A DNA stretch of 64,000 nt from Clostridia bacterium (GTDB lineage Bacteria > Bacillota > Clostridia > UMGS1883 > UMGS1540): positions 3,020 to 67,019 of the forward strand of contig JAFSAU010000043.1 of the NCBI GenBank assembly GCA_017442155.1. The letters run 5' to 3'. A model generated the notes under the pieces. That model made no database searches. It was not told where the DNA came from and worked only from the letters and a program-made list of their open reading frames with translations. A program made the translations under genes and the position numbers. This document shows, piece after piece, positions 48,585 through 61,336 of the stretch; position 1 is the first letter of the stretch, and the number at the start of each line of letters is the position of its first letter.

Positions 48585-49025
48585 TTATTCTTCCTCCGGT
48601 GTATACCGTGCATCAATTTTTGCTTTTACCGATTTATATCTGCCGAGAATTTTTTCCTTGAGAATGGTGGAATCCACCTTTTCAAGCTCCTCATATGCCT
48701 TTTTATATTCGCCGTACTCACAGTAGCCGTCTGCAATATAAATAGATTCCACCGCATTGGCATAGGCTTCTTCCGCATTCTTATACTTGTCCCGTTCCGC
48801 TGTCAGGCTTTCCACCTTTGTGTTCAGTCCTGCAATTGTTGTGTCATTCTGTGCCTTCAATTCCTTCAGCTCCAGATTTTCATTCTGCAGGCTCTGCACC
48901 CGGCTTTCATAATTTTCATTTGCTTTCTTATAATCGGTTGCGGCAAAGCTGAGCAGTACCAGAACCAGTGCTACAGTAAAAAGGATGATGGTATACATCC
49001 AAAAAGACTTAGATTTTTTATTCAT
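48585..49025 (-). CDS. Membrane-anchored coiled-coil protein of unknown function
   Basis: A GAGGTG RBS supports the ATG at 49025 (MNKKSKSFWMYTIILFTVALVLVLL). A single N-terminal TM segment is followed by a heptad-rich coiled coil. Confidence 0.5.
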   Translation of the reverse strand: MNKKSKSFWMYTIILFTVALVLVLLSFAATDYKKANENYESRVQSLQNENLELKELKAQNDTTIAGLNTKVESLTAERDKYKNAEEAYANAVESIYIADGYCEYGEYKKAYEELEKVDSTILKEKILGRYKSVKAKIDARYTPEEE

Positions 49026-49142
49026 TTTCGTCACCTCGTGTAAAACCGCCTGTTTTTCGCTTTTGCGAAACGAAGGCTTATTTTAATATACTTATACTAA
49101 TTTTTTGTTTTTTGTGTCTTAAAACGCAATTTTGAAGTCGCT

Positions 49143-49985
49143 TTAAATTCCAAATATTTCCATTATTCGTTCAAATTCGCCGGAATCCGCATATGAAATT
49201 TCTATTTTACCTTTTTTTGCATTTCCGGTCACGCGGACCTTTGCGCCAACCCTTTTTGAAAATTTTTCTTCTATATCCCGGATTTCTGCCGTATATTTTA
49301 CCGGTGCTTTTTTTGCCGGACGTCCAAGACTTACAAGTCGTTCCAGCTCCCGGACGGAAAGACCTTCCGCGATAACCCGTTCTGCCAGAGAAATCTGGTC
49401 CGCATCAGTCGCGGCAAGTAGCGTTCTGGCGTGACCGGCAGAAAGCTTTCCTTCCCTCACCAGCTTTCGCACCGGCTCCTTGAGTGCTAAAAGGCGAAGC
49501 GCGTTCGCCACAGCACTGCGGCTTTTTCCGATTTTTTCACTGACTTCCTCCTGGGTCATTCCATATAAATCCATCAGATTCCGGAATCCGTCGGCTTCTT
49601 CCATCGGATTTAAGTTTTCTCTCTGCAGGTTTTCAATCAGGGCCACTTCGCTGGCCGTTTTTTCATCATATTCCCGGATAATTGCCGGAATTTCCTTTAA
49701 ATCAGCCATCCTTGCGGCTCTCCAGCGGCGTTCTCCGGCAATAATCGTATAAAAACCCTTTTCGTTTTTTGAAACCACAATCGGCTGAATAATACCGTGT
49801 TCCTTCACAGATGCAGCAAGCTCCTCAAGCTGCTCCGGAGCAAAGCTTTTTCGTGGCTGGGCCGTATTCGGCTCCACCTCGGTAATGCGGAGAGATACGA
49901 TTTTATCGCCGTCCTCTGCCTGCAGTACGCTGTCATCTGATATAAAAAGGGCATCCAGGCCCTTGCCTAATCCTCGTTTTGCCAT
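49143..49985 (-). CDS. spo0J: Chromosome partitioning protein ParB/Spo0J
   Basis: The ParB box motif IVVSKNEKGFYTIIAGERRWRAA and an HTH (SEKIGKSRSAVANALRLL). Confidence 0.9.
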   Translation of the reverse strand: MAKRGLGKGLDALFISDDSVLQAEDGDKIVSLRITEVEPNTAQPRKSFAPEQLEELAASVKEHGIIQPIVVSKNEKGFYTIIAGERRWRAARMADLKEIPAIIREYDEKTASEVALIENLQRENLNPMEEADGFRNLMDLYGMTQEEVSEKIGKSRSAVANALRLLALKEPVRKLVREGKLSAGHARTLLAATDADQISLAERVIAEGLSVRELERLVSLGRPAKKAPVKYTAEIRDIEEKFSKRVGAKVRVTGNAKKGKIEISYADSGEFERIMEIFGI

Positions 49986-50014
49986 ACAACCACTTCCTTC
50001 CTTATTATATAGTA

Positions 50015-50779
50015 TTACGCATTACCTTCCAAAACTTCTTCTGCAAGCTCCGTGTAGCTCTCTGCGCCGCGGCTGGAGCGGTCATATACAATAACCGGTT
50101 GTCCAAAGCCCGGAGCTTCACTTAAACGGATATTTCTTGGAATAATGGTTTTGTATACCTTCTGTGGAAAAAACTTTTTCACTTCATCCACTACCTGAAT
50201 CGCAAGATTTGTCCGGGAAGAAAACATAGTCATCAGAACACCTTCGATTTCAATATCCGGATTCAACAGCTTTTTTACCCGTTTTATCGTAGCTGTCAGT
50301 TGGCTGAGACCCTCCAGTGCGTAATATTCACACTGAATTGGCATAAGTACCGATTTACAGGCAGTAAGCGCATTTAAGGTTACAAGGCCGAGAGACGGCG
50401 GACAATCCAGAATAATAAAGTCATACTTTTCTTCTATGTCCTCAATTGCCTCTTTTAATCTGTATTCCCGGGCCATACTATTGACAAGCTCTATTTCTGC
50501 GCCGGATAAAGCAATACTGGAGGGACAGACATCTAAATTATAATAATCTGTTTTTACAATAACGCTCTCCATTTTTTCTGACCGTATTAAAACGTCATAC
50601 ACAGAATTTTCCACTGTCCGATTATCTATTCCCAACCCGCTGGTAGCATTTCCCTGGGGGTCCATATCCACAAGCAAAACCCGCTGTCCTTTTTTTGCAA
50701 GACAAGCTGCCAGATTTACTGCCGTTGTTGTTTTACCGACGCCGCCCTTCTGATTTGCAATCGCGATAATTCTTGCCAT
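50015..50779 (-). CDS. soj: Chromosome partitioning ATPase ParA/Soj
   Basis: The deviant Walker A motif [16 protein letters not shown], 254 aa. Confidence 0.9.
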   Translation of the reverse strand: MARIIAIANQKGGVGKTTTAVNLAACLAKKGQRVLLVDMDPQGNATSGLGIDNRTVENSVYDVLIRSEKMESVIVKTDYYNLDVCPSSIALSGAEIELVNSMAREYRLKEAIEDIEEKYDFIILDCPPSLGLVTLNALTACKSVLMPIQCEYYALEGLSQLTATIKRVKKLLNPDIEIEGVLMTMFSSRTNLAIQVVDEVKKFFPQKVYKTIIPRNIRLSEAPGFGQPVIVYDRSSRGAESYTELAEEVLEGNA

Positions 50780-50835
50780 GGCAAACTCCTTTTTCTTTTA
50801 TTTTCTTTTGCTTCCAGTCTATTATAGCACAAATA

Positions 50836-50851
50836 TGTTTCACGTGAAACA
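50836..50851. promoter_or_regulatory. parS site 1
   Basis: TGTTTCACGTGAAACA is a perfect 16-bp palindrome matching the parS consensus tGTTNCACGTGAAACa. Confidence 0.8.
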
Positions 50852-50873
50852 AAAAATACAAAAAAATATAAAA

Positions 50874-50889
50874 TGTTTCACGTGAAACA
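50874..50889. promoter_or_regulatory. parS site 2
   Basis: TGTTTCACGTGAAACA, identical to site 1. Confidence 0.8.
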
Positions 50890-50932
50890 TTTTATCCAGC
50901 GTAGACCAAGTTTATCAGCAGTCTGTAATATG

Positions 50933-50948
50933 CTGTTTCACGTGAAAC
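50933..50948. promoter_or_regulatory. parS site 3
   Basis: TGTTTCACGTGAAACA, identical to site 1. Confidence 0.8.
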
Positions 50949-51108
50949 AGTATATGCCTTTTTATGATGCCTTTTTTTTGCCCTTGTAAACTTTAAAAAA
51001 CTGCCATACAATAAAATAAAAATATTTCTTATTTTTTAAAAATTTTGTTGCAAAGGAGCGATTTATTTGATATAATATATGAATAAGAACAAAAAAGTAA
51101 AAAATAAG

Positions 51109-51235
51109 TTATCCACATAAAAAAGACTTACTTTTTCACTTTTCCACAGACTTATCCACATAAAACAAGCTGAAATTGCCCGTATTGGCCTGTTTTTCCA
51201 CAACTAACTATTTTTACTTATCCGCATTTTCCACG
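51109..51235. promoter_or_regulatory. oriC DnaA-box cluster upstream of dnaA
   Basis: TTATCCACA at 51109-51117 and 51152-51160. TTTTCCACA at 51140-51148 and 51194-51202. TTATCCGCA at 51218-51226 and TTTTCCACG at 51227-51235. An AT-rich candidate DNA-unwinding element lies at about 51000-51070. Confidence 0.8.
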
Positions 51236-51271
51236 GGCAATTTATTAAAAACGAAAGGATAATTATTACAG

Positions 51272-52582
51272 ATGAATGGTGAGCTTTTAAACATCTGGAA
51301 TCACGCACTGCCTCTGATTGAGGAAGAAGTTACACCTGTCGGCTATCAGACCTGGATTTTATCTATTGAACCTTTAAACATAGAAAACGGTTTTCTCAAT
51401 GTCTCAGTCCCTACGGACGTAAATAAAAATATGGTGGACCACCGCTATAAAGAACTGATTCAAAATGCTGTATATGAAGTAACAGGGACAAGATGCACAC
51501 TGGTAGTTCACATCGGTGTCCAGGAAAAAATAAAAAAAGAAGAAGAAAAAGCCGCCCGGAACTTGGGTATGCCGCTTAATCCAAAATATACCTTTGACAG
51601 TTTTGTTGTCGGCGGCTCTAACCGCTTTGCCCATGCAGCCTCCCTGGCTGTTGCCGAAACCCCTGCAAGAACATACAATCCTTTATTTCTTTACGGCGGC
51701 GTAGGCCTTGGTAAAACCCATCTTCTCCATGCGATAGGAAACTTTATTATTCAAAATAACAATGATATGAAGGTTATGTACATATCAGCTGAAACCTTCA
51801 CCACAGAGCTGATTAACTCCATTAAGGATTCAAGAAACGATGAATTCCGTGAAAAATACCGCTCTGTAGACGTACTGATGGTGGACGATATTCAGTTTAT
51901 CGCCGGAAAAAAAGTAACAGAAGAAGAATTTTTCCATACCTTTAATACGCTGTATGACGCCAATAAACAAATTATTATTACGAGTGACCGCCCCCCTAAA
52001 GAAATGCGCACACTGGAGGACCGTCTGCGTTCCCGTTTTGAATGGGGGATTATCGGAGATCTGTATGCGCCGGATTATGAAACCCGTGTTGCCATTCTAC
52101 GCAAAAAAGCGCAGCTGGAGCAAATTGAAATCAAAGACGAAATTCTGGAGCTGATTGCGGAAAATATTACTTCCAATATACGGGAGCTGGAGGGCGTACT
52201 CAACAGAGTTGTAGCTTACAGGGGCCTTATTAACAGCGAAATCACTGCAGAAATTGCACTGGACGCCATGAAAAGCTATCAGGCAAAGGGCGGTCCTGCC
52301 GTAACTCCGGAAGAAATTGTAGAAAAAACTGCCAAATTCTATCATATTAAAGAAGAAGAAATCATGGGAAACAAGCGGACAAAAAACATTGCCCGCGCCC
52401 GGCAGGTAGCCATGTATCTGATGCGGGAGATTCTCGGCTATTCCCATCTGAAAATTGCCAAATATCTGGACAAGCATCATACGACAGTTATGTACGGCAT
52501 CGGCGAAATAGAAACCTCTATCAGTGAAGACACAACCTTCCGTATGGAAATCTCCACATTGAAGAAGGATATTACGGAATAG
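51272..52582 (+). CDS. dnaA: Chromosomal replication initiator DnaA
   Basis: The AAA+ Walker A motif GGVGLGKTHLLHAIGN, and a C-terminal DNA-binding domain (MYLMREILGYSHLKIAKYL..HTTVMY). Confidence 0.95.
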   Translation: MNGELLNIWNHALPLIEEEVTPVGYQTWILSIEPLNIENGFLNVSVPTDVNKNMVDHRYKELIQNAVYEVTGTRCTLVVHIGVQEKIKKEEEKAARNLGMPLNPKYTFDSFVVGGSNRFAHAASLAVAETPARTYNPLFLYGGVGLGKTHLLHAIGNFIIQNNNDMKVMYISAETFTTELINSIKDSRNDEFREKYRSVDVLMVDDIQFIAGKKVTEEEFFHTFNTLYDANKQIIITSDRPPKEMRTLEDRLRSRFEWGIIGDLYAPDYETRVAILRKKAQLEQIEIKDEILELIAENITSNIRELEGVLNRVVAYRGLINSEITAEIALDAMKSYQAKGGPAVTPEEIVEKTAKFYHIKEEEIMGNKRTKNIARARQVAMYLMREILGYSHLKIAKYLDKHHTTVMYGIGEIETSISEDTTFRMEISTLKKDITE

Positions 52583-52715
52583 TTTTCCACAACAGAAATG
52601 CCGTAAAAATGACAAAAAATAGAGTTATGCAGTATTTCCACAGGCTCTACTAATATAACTATATTTATTTTATATTTATTATACAAAATCCGCACCCTGA
52701 AGGAGGAACACACAA

Positions 52716-53831
52716 ATGATTTTTTCCTGCGAAAAACAAACCTTATCGGATGCCGTTTCCACCGTTATGAAAGCCGCCGGAAATAAAGCATCCATGCCAA
52801 TATTGGAAGGCATACTTATCAATACCGATGAGGACTGCATTATTCTGAAAGCCAATAATCTGGAACTGGGAATAGAATGTAGAATTCCCGCAGATATCCG
52901 GGAGGACGGTGCTATCGTCACAGGAGATGTACGTATTTTTTCGGAAGTAATCCGGAAATTACCCTCCGGTACGGTGGACATTACGGTACACGAAAACTTT
53001 TCGACCACCGTGCAAAACGGAAAATCCGTATATAATATAGTAGGAATGAACCCGGAAGAATTTCCGGAGCTGCCGGAGGTTTTAGAAGATTCCGGTATCA
53101 CCCTCCCTGCAGAGGATCTCAAAAAAATGATTCGGCAGACAGTGTATGCGGCTGCACAGAAAAATGAAAGACCGGCTCTTACCGGGGTCTTTTTTGAAAT
53201 CGAGCCTGCCATGTTCCACATGGTTGCGCTGGACGGCTTCCGTATGGCAATCCGGAATTATCCGCTTTCTGAAAATCCGGATGAAGAACCATATAGTTTT
53301 ATTGTGCCGGCCCGGACGCTTTTGGAGCTTTCCCGCATTCTGCCGGATGACGATACACCGGTATTGATTACAGCCAGCACAAAGCATGTTCTCTTTACAG
53401 TGGGAACAACAAAGGTGGTTTCCCGCCTGCTGTCAGGAGAATATTTCCAGTACAGACAAATTATTCCAACTGATTTCAAGATACAAACCCAACTGGCGGT
53501 GAAGGATTTGCTGACGTGTGTGGAACGGGCAGACCCCATTGTTTCCACAGATGTGTATAAAAATCCGGTTATTATGACGCTTTCCGGCGAATCGCTTTCT
53601 ATTGATTGCGTAACGGCTGTGGGAAAAGCCCATGATGTGATAGAAATTCCTGACTGCGGCAGTGAAATCCGGATTGGCTTTAACCAGCGATATCTGCACG
53701 ATGCGCTTTCCGTCTGCGATTGTGAAGAAATTATTGTAGAATTTAACGGAAACCGCAATCCCTGCATTATCCGCCCGGCGGAAGGAGACGAATTTTTGTT
53801 TATGGTGCTCCCGGTCCGTATCAGCGAATAG
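52716..53831 (+). CDS. dnaN: DNA polymerase III beta sliding clamp
   Basis: 371 aa with a three-domain clamp pattern, immediately downstream of dnaA. Confidence 0.9.
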   Translation: MIFSCEKQTLSDAVSTVMKAAGNKASMPILEGILINTDEDCIILKANNLELGIECRIPADIREDGAIVTGDVRIFSEVIRKLPSGTVDITVHENFSTTVQNGKSVYNIVGMNPEEFPELPEVLEDSGITLPAEDLKKMIRQTVYAAAQKNERPALTGVFFEIEPAMFHMVALDGFRMAIRNYPLSENPDEEPYSFIVPARTLLELSRILPDDDTPVLITASTKHVLFTVGTTKVVSRLLSGEYFQYRQIIPTDFKIQTQLAVKDLLTCVERADPIVSTDVYKNPVIMTLSGESLSIDCVTAVGKAHDVIEIPDCGSEIRIGFNQRYLHDALSVCDCEEIIVEFNGNRNPCIIRPAEGDEFLFMVLPVRISE

Positions 53832-53855
53832 ACAGTTTTGCAGAAAGGGATTAAA

Positions 53856-54065
53856 ATGGAAGAAAGAATTACCCTTCGGGGTGAATATATTAAATTAGAT
53901 CAGGCCCTTAAGGTAGCCCTCGGTATCGGAGGCGGCGAAGCGAAGGAAAGAATTCTTGCCGGCGAAGTACTTGTAAACGGCACCGTGGAGCTGCAGCGTG
54001 GGAAAAAACTCCGGGACGGAGATGTGGCGGAGACGGATGGCATGACGATTTATATTCAGAGTTAA
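53856..54065 (+). CDS. yaaA: S4-domain RNA-binding protein YaaA-like
   Basis: 69 aa from the ATG at 53856 after an AAAGGGA RBS. The S4 fold motif is ITLRGEYIKLDQALKVALGIGGGEAKERILAGEVLVNG. Confidence 0.7.
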   Translation: MEERITLRGEYIKLDQALKVALGIGGGEAKERILAGEVLVNGTVELQRGKKLRDGDVAETDGMTIYIQS

Positions 54066-54075
54066 GGAAAGAAGT

Positions 54076-55151
54076 ATGCGGGTCAATCGGCTGTATATAC
54101 AGGATTTCAGAAATTATAAAGAGGCAGAGGTGACGTTTTGCCCCGGAGTAAATCTGATTTACGGGAAAAACGCACAAGGGAAAACCAACCTTTTGGAAGC
54201 ACTCTGGCTTTTTACGAACGCGAAAAGCTTCCGCACGGCCCAGGATGGGGAAATGATTCGTTTTTCTGCCGAATCTGCCACCGTGAAAACCGGATATACT
54301 GCCTTTGGCCGTGACCAGACAGCAGAAATTATTTTAAATACAGGGAAAAGAAAGCTTTTGCGTCTCGGCGGGGCACCTCTGGAAAAAACCAGTGAGTTGT
54401 TAGGGCAGTTTCCGGCGGTTTTGTTCAGTCCCGATGAGCTGCATATTATCACCGGGGCACCGGAGGTCCGGCGGCGGTTTACCGACAGCGCAATCAGTGC
54501 CTTCCGCCCTGCCTATTACGGTGCGCTCCGGACATATCTCCGGGTATGGAAGCAGAAAAATGTTTTACTGAAAAATACGCCGGAAAAGGAAGCACTTTCG
54601 GTCTGGAACGAGCAGATGGCGCAATCCGGGGCGAAGGTTATGCAGTACAGAAAAGAGTTTTTCTCGCGCCTTGCACCACTGGCCGCAGAAATGCACCGGC
54701 AGGTGGCCGGCAAGGAAGAATATATGGAGGTTTCCTATGCCCCGTCTGTGCCGGTAAAGGAAACAGTGGAGATGCAGGCAGAAGCTCTGTTTGCGGCACT
54801 GGAAAAAAAGAGGGATGCGGAAATTTACGCCGGTCTTTCACTGGTGGGACCGCACCGGGATGAAATGAAATTTACGGTAAACGGCAAAGATGCCCGTTCC
54901 TTTGCATCCCAGGGGCAGATGAAAACAGCCGCGGTTTCCCTGAAAATTGCACAGGGAATGCTGCTGGAAGAAGAGACGGGGGAGCCGCCGGCAGTATTTT
55001 TGGATGATATTTTAGGAGAACTGGATGAGGAAAGACGGAATTTTTTACTTTCCAATATGCATGGCAGACAAATTATTCTGACATGTACAGAGCGGGATGC
55101 TGTGAAGGTGGAGGGTGAAACCCGGTATTTCCATGTGGAGGACGGAACTGT

Positions 55152-55167
<16 letters not shown>
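54076..55167 (+). CDS. recF: DNA replication/repair protein RecF
   Basis: A Walker A motif (GKNAQGKTNLLEAL) and a C-terminal signature/Walker B region (VFLDDILGELDEER). Confidence 0.9.
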
Positions 55168-57322
<2,155 letters not shown>

Positions 57323-57337
57323 AGGAGGGAATAAAAA

Positions 57338-59812
57338 ATGTTTAATATTGAAAATGAAAAAATTATTCCCGTCGAGATAAGCCGGGAAATGAAAACAGCA
57401 TACATAGATTATGCTATGAGTGTTATTATTGGTCGTGCGCTGCCGGACGTCCGCGACGGTCTCAAGCCCGTACACCGCCGTATTCTGTATACCATGAATG
57501 AGGACGGAATTACAGCGGATAAGGCATACCGCAAGTGTGCTACTACGGTCGGTGACGTGCTGGGCCGGTACCATCCCCATGGTGACGCTTCCGTTTATGA
57601 CGCACTGGTGCGTCTTGCACAGGATTTTTCCCTGCGCTATCCTTTGATTGACGGACAGGGTAACTTTGGTAGTGTGGACGGGGACCCCCCTGCTGCCTAC
57701 CGTTATACAGAAGCCAGAATGGCAAGGCTTGCCCATGAAATGGTGGCAGACATTGAGAAGGAAACCGTGGATTTTATGCCGAACTTTGATGAACGGCTCA
57801 AAGAACCTGTGGTTCTTCCCTCCCGCTTCCCCAATCTTCTGGTAAACGGCTCGTCCGGTATCGCGGTTGGTATGGCGACAAATATTCCACCCCATAATCT
57901 GGGAGAAATTATTGATGCCATTGACGCTATGCTGGAAGACCCCGAAATTTCCATTGATGAATTGATGGAAATTATAAAGGGGCCCGACTTTCCTACCGCC
58001 GGCCTGATTTTAGGCAGAAGCGGCATCCGCAGTATGTATACAAAGGGACGCGGTCATATTATTATGCGTGCCCGGGCAGAGGTGGAAGAGCATCAGGGCC
58101 GGGAACGGATTATTGTTACGGAAATCCCGTATCAGGTCAATAAGGCACGCCTCATTCAGAAAATTGCGGATCTTGTGAAGGAAAAACGGATTGAAGGCAT
58201 TTCAGACCTTCGCGACGAGAGCGACAGAGAGGGTATGCGTATCGTAATCGAGCTGAAAAAGGAAGCCAACGGCAATATTATTCTGAATCAGCTGTATAAG
58301 AATACCCAGATGCAGGAAACCTTCGGTGCCATTATGCTGGCTATTGTAAACGGCCAGCCACAGATTCTGAATATTAAGGAAATGCTGTGGCACTATATTA
58401 CCTTCCAGGAGGAGGTTATCCGCCGCCGTACAATTTTTGAGAAGAAAAAAGCAGAGGCACGGGCCCATATTCTGGAAGGACTCCGGATTGCCCTTGATCA
58501 TATTGACGAAATTATCCGTATCATCCGGCAAAGCTATGATGATGCGAAACCGCGCCTGATGGAAGCGTTCGGGCTTTCCGAGGTGCAGGCCCAGGCGATA
58601 CTTGATATGCGTCTTGCACGCCTGCAGGGTCTGGAACGGGAAAAGATTGATGCGGAATATAATGAACTGCTTGAAAAAATTGCCTATTATACAGAAGTGC
58701 TTGCCAATGAAAGCATGGTAAAAGGCATTATCCGCGATGAGCTGGGCGTAATCCGGGATAAATACGGCGACGAACGCCGCACGGAAATTACGGCCATGGT
58801 GGGCGATATCGACGATGAAGATATGATTGACGAGGAAGAATGTGTGTTCACCCTCACCCACTTCGGCTATATCAAGCGGATTCCGGCCAGCACCTACCGC
58901 AGCCAGCGACGCGGCGGCCGGGGCATTTCAGGTCTGAGCACGCGGGAGGAGGATTTTGTGGAAACCCTGTTTACGGCCTCCACCCATGCCAATATTCTGT
59001 TCTTTACAAATAAAGGCAGAATGTATCACCTGAAGGGCTACCAGATTCCGGAAGCAGGACGGCAGGCAAAGGGTACGGCCATTGTAAACCTTCTGCCGCT
59101 CGGCCAGGATGAAAAAATTATGACTATGCTGGGCATCCGCCACTTTGAGGAGGATACGGCCCTGATTATGGCGACACGAGCCGGTACCATTAAGAAAACG
59201 ATGATAACGGAATTCAATATGGCGCGGCGCGGCGGTCTGAATGCGATTGGTCTCAATGAAGGTGACGAATTGATTTCCGTTCGTCTGATTCGTGAGGGCG
59301 ATAATATCATGATCGGTACGTATAACGGTATGGCAATCCGCTTTAAGGAAGCCGATGTACGGCCCATGGGCAGAAATGCACATGGCGTGCGTGCAGTGAA
59401 GCTGAGAGAGGGCGACCGGGTAATTGGAATGACCACAGCCCGGGATGATGCAGAGCTTCTCGTGGTCACCGAAAAGGGCTACGGCAAACGGACCACGCTG
59501 GATGCCTATAAAATCCAGACCCGCGGCGGCCTCGGCATCCGTACCTATAAGCTGACGGAACAGACCGGTAACGTAGTAGGCATCAGCACCGTAACGGATG
59601 AAGAAGATGTGATGATGATTACCAGCGAGGGTATTATTATCCGTCTGCCGGCCGCATCTATAAGCAGTATCGGCCGTAATACCCGCGGCGTACGTCTGAT
59701 TCGTATGGAGGACGGCGTAAGCGTAGTTTCCATTGCCCTTACAGAGCATGAGGAAGAGGAAACAGAAGAAATAGAAGAAACAGCAGAAACAGCAGAAATC
59801 ACGGAAGAATAA
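57338..59812 (+). CDS. gyrA: DNA gyrase subunit A
   Basis: [10 protein letters not shown] contains the catalytic Tyr, a QRDR-like region precedes it ([20 protein letters not shown]), and an acidic C-terminal tail is present. Confidence 0.95.
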   Translation: MFNIENEKIIPVEISREMKTAYIDYAMSVIIGRALPDVRDGLKPVHRRILYTMNEDGITADKAYRKCATTVGDVLGRYHPHGDASVYDALVRLAQDFSLRYPLIDGQGNFGSVDGDPPAAYRYTEARMARLAHEMVADIEKETVDFMPNFDERLKEPVVLPSRFPNLLVNGSSGIAVGMATNIPPHNLGEIIDAIDAMLEDPEISIDELMEIIKGPDFPTAGLILGRSGIRSMYTKGRGHIIMRARAEVEEHQGRERIIVTEIPYQVNKARLIQKIADLVKEKRIEGISDLRDESDREGMRIVIELKKEANGNIILNQLYKNTQMQETFGAIMLAIVNGQPQILNIKEMLWHYITFQEEVIRRRTIFEKKKAEARAHILEGLRIALDHIDEIIRIIRQSYDDAKPRLMEAFGLSEVQAQAILDMRLARLQGLEREKIDAEYNELLEKIAYYTEVLANESMVKGIIRDELGVIRDKYGDERRTEITAMVGDIDDEDMIDEEECVFTLTHFGYIKRIPASTYRSQRRGGRGISGLSTREEDFVETLFTASTHANILFFTNKGRMYHLKGYQIPEAGRQAKGTAIVNLLPLGQDEKIMTMLGIRHFEEDTALIMATRAGTIKKTMITEFNMARRGGLNAIGLNEGDELISVRLIREGDNIMIGTYNGMAIRFKEADVRPMGRNAHGVRAVKLREGDRVIGMTTARDDAELLVVTEKGYGKRTTLDAYKIQTRGGLGIRTYKLTEQTGNVVGISTVTDEEDVMMITSEGIIIRLPAASISSIGRNTRGVRLIRMEDGVSVVSIALTEHEEEETEEIEETAETAEITEE

Positions 59813-59977
59813 AAAACGGGGGTGTCGCGACAGCGTCCCCTCTGTTGGGGCCAAGGAATTTGGATGCAGAAAGAGTAAGAAAAAAGCGGCGAAAACCGCC
59901 TTTGAATCCTCTGCGCTGAATGCAACGGCCCCTTTTCTCGTAGTAGTATTCATAATAAGGACAGCAGGAGAAACAAA

Positions 59978-60979
59978 ATGAAACATTTACGTCTTGTCAC
60001 TATCGGCGGCGGCACCGGAATGTCTACCATGCTCCGCGGGCTGAAAAACTACACGAAAAATTTAACTGCCATCGTTACCATGGCAGACGACGGAGGCGGC
60101 AGCGGACGACTGCGGGAGGACCTGGGCGTTCTGCCTCCCGGAGACGTGCGGAACTGCCTTGTGGCACTGGCTACGGCAGAGCCGATGATGGAGGAACTTT
60201 TTCATTACCGCTTCCCTTGCGGAATGCTCCGGGGTCAGAGCGTGGGAAATCTGATTATTGCGGCAATGGACGGCATCTGCGGCAGTTTTGAAGAGGCAAT
60301 CCGGCGGGTCAGCGAGGTTTTGGCCATTTCCGGCAGAGTACTCCCCGTAACGACGGAAAATATACATATATGTGCCAGCCTTTCTGATGGTGCGCAGGTG
60401 CAGGGAGAATCCCGTATCGGAAAGGCCGCGGCCATGCATGGCTGCCGTATCAGCCGGGTACGGCTTGTGCCGGAGACGGTGTCCCCGGCCAGTGATGTGC
60501 TGGAGAGCATTGCGGCGGCGGATGCCATCATTCTCGGTCCGGGGAGTCTCTATACAAGTATACTGCCTAACCTTTTGGTAGAGGGCGTGACAAACGCGCT
60601 CCGAAAGACTGACGCACCGAAAATCTACGTCTGCAATGTAATGGGACAGCCGGGGGAAACGGAGGGCTATACTGCCTTTGACCATGTCCAGGCGATTTTC
60701 GACCACGGCGGCGAGGGGTGTATTGATTACTGCATTGTCAATACGGAGAAAATTGCAGAAAGCGTTCTTGCCCGGTACGCGGCCGATGGCGTAGGTCCCG
60801 TTTTTGTGGATGCGGAGCGGTTTGCAGAAAAAGGCATCGGACTCATTGCTGCCCCCCTTCTCTCTGACGGCGGTGAGCTGGCCCGGCATAATTCGGACCG
60901 TCTTGCTGCCTGCATTGCGGAATTTTTACGAAATGCCGTGAAAACAAAAACCTATACGAGAAAACAAAATAAGGGTTGA
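59978..60979 (+). CDS. yvcK: Gluconeogenesis factor YvcK (UPF0052/CofD-like)
   Basis: The N-terminus LVTIGGGTGMSTMLRGLK and a DDGGGSGRLR motif are characteristic of YvcK. Confidence 0.85.
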   Translation: MKHLRLVTIGGGTGMSTMLRGLKNYTKNLTAIVTMADDGGGSGRLREDLGVLPPGDVRNCLVALATAEPMMEELFHYRFPCGMLRGQSVGNLIIAAMDGICGSFEEAIRRVSEVLAISGRVLPVTTENIHICASLSDGAQVQGESRIGKAAAMHGCRISRVRLVPETVSPASDVLESIAAADAIILGPGSLYTSILPNLLVEGVTNALRKTDAPKIYVCNVMGQPGETEGYTAFDHVQAIFDHGGEGCIDYCIVNTEKIAESVLARYAADGVGPVFVDAERFAEKGIGLIAAPLLSDGGELARHNSDRLAACIAEFLRNAVKTKTYTRKQNKG

Positions 60980-61001
60980 TTTCACGGAAGGGGTGTGTTA
61001 T

Positions 61002-61336
61002 AATTGACACATACAGAATTTTATGAGATAAAATTCTTAAGAGCTGACGCTCTTTTGTGCTCATTCGAGCACTGTGTCAATTGATGGCGACGCAAAAATG
61101 CCCTCGCAAGCAAGCATTTTTACTTCTGGTGAAATGATTTTATCGAAGATAAAAACAACTAAGTTTGCCCTGATGGGCAAGTGAAGGTATCTTTGATAGT
61201 GAAGTTTACTTCGTAAGTGAAGTTCTGCCTGACGGCAGAGTGGCAAACTTAACTTCACTTTTGAGTATCAAAAACTTCACAAAACTTGGCATCTAATTTG
61301 TACACTGATTTTATAATTGAAAAAGGAGTAAAAAGA
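61002..61336 (+). ncRNA. Long hairpin-rich 5' leader, a candidate cis-regulatory RNA, upstream of the phosphodiesterase gene
   Basis: An extended -10 (TGtTATAAT) at about 60999-61007. Multiple perfect short hairpins follow: GAGC-tgac-GCTC, GTGCTC-attc-GAGCAC, TTGCCC-tgat-GGGCAA, CTGCC-tgac-GGCAG, and long-range GTGAAGTT...AACTTCAC pairing. No class assigned. Confidence 0.3.

Noticed and set aside
50836-50948. CACGTG-centred palindromes initially considered as transcription-factor (E-box-like) operators
   Set aside because: The full 16-mer TGTTTCACGTGAAACA matches the parS consensus, and the sites sit next to soj/spo0J, so ParB binding is the simpler explanation.
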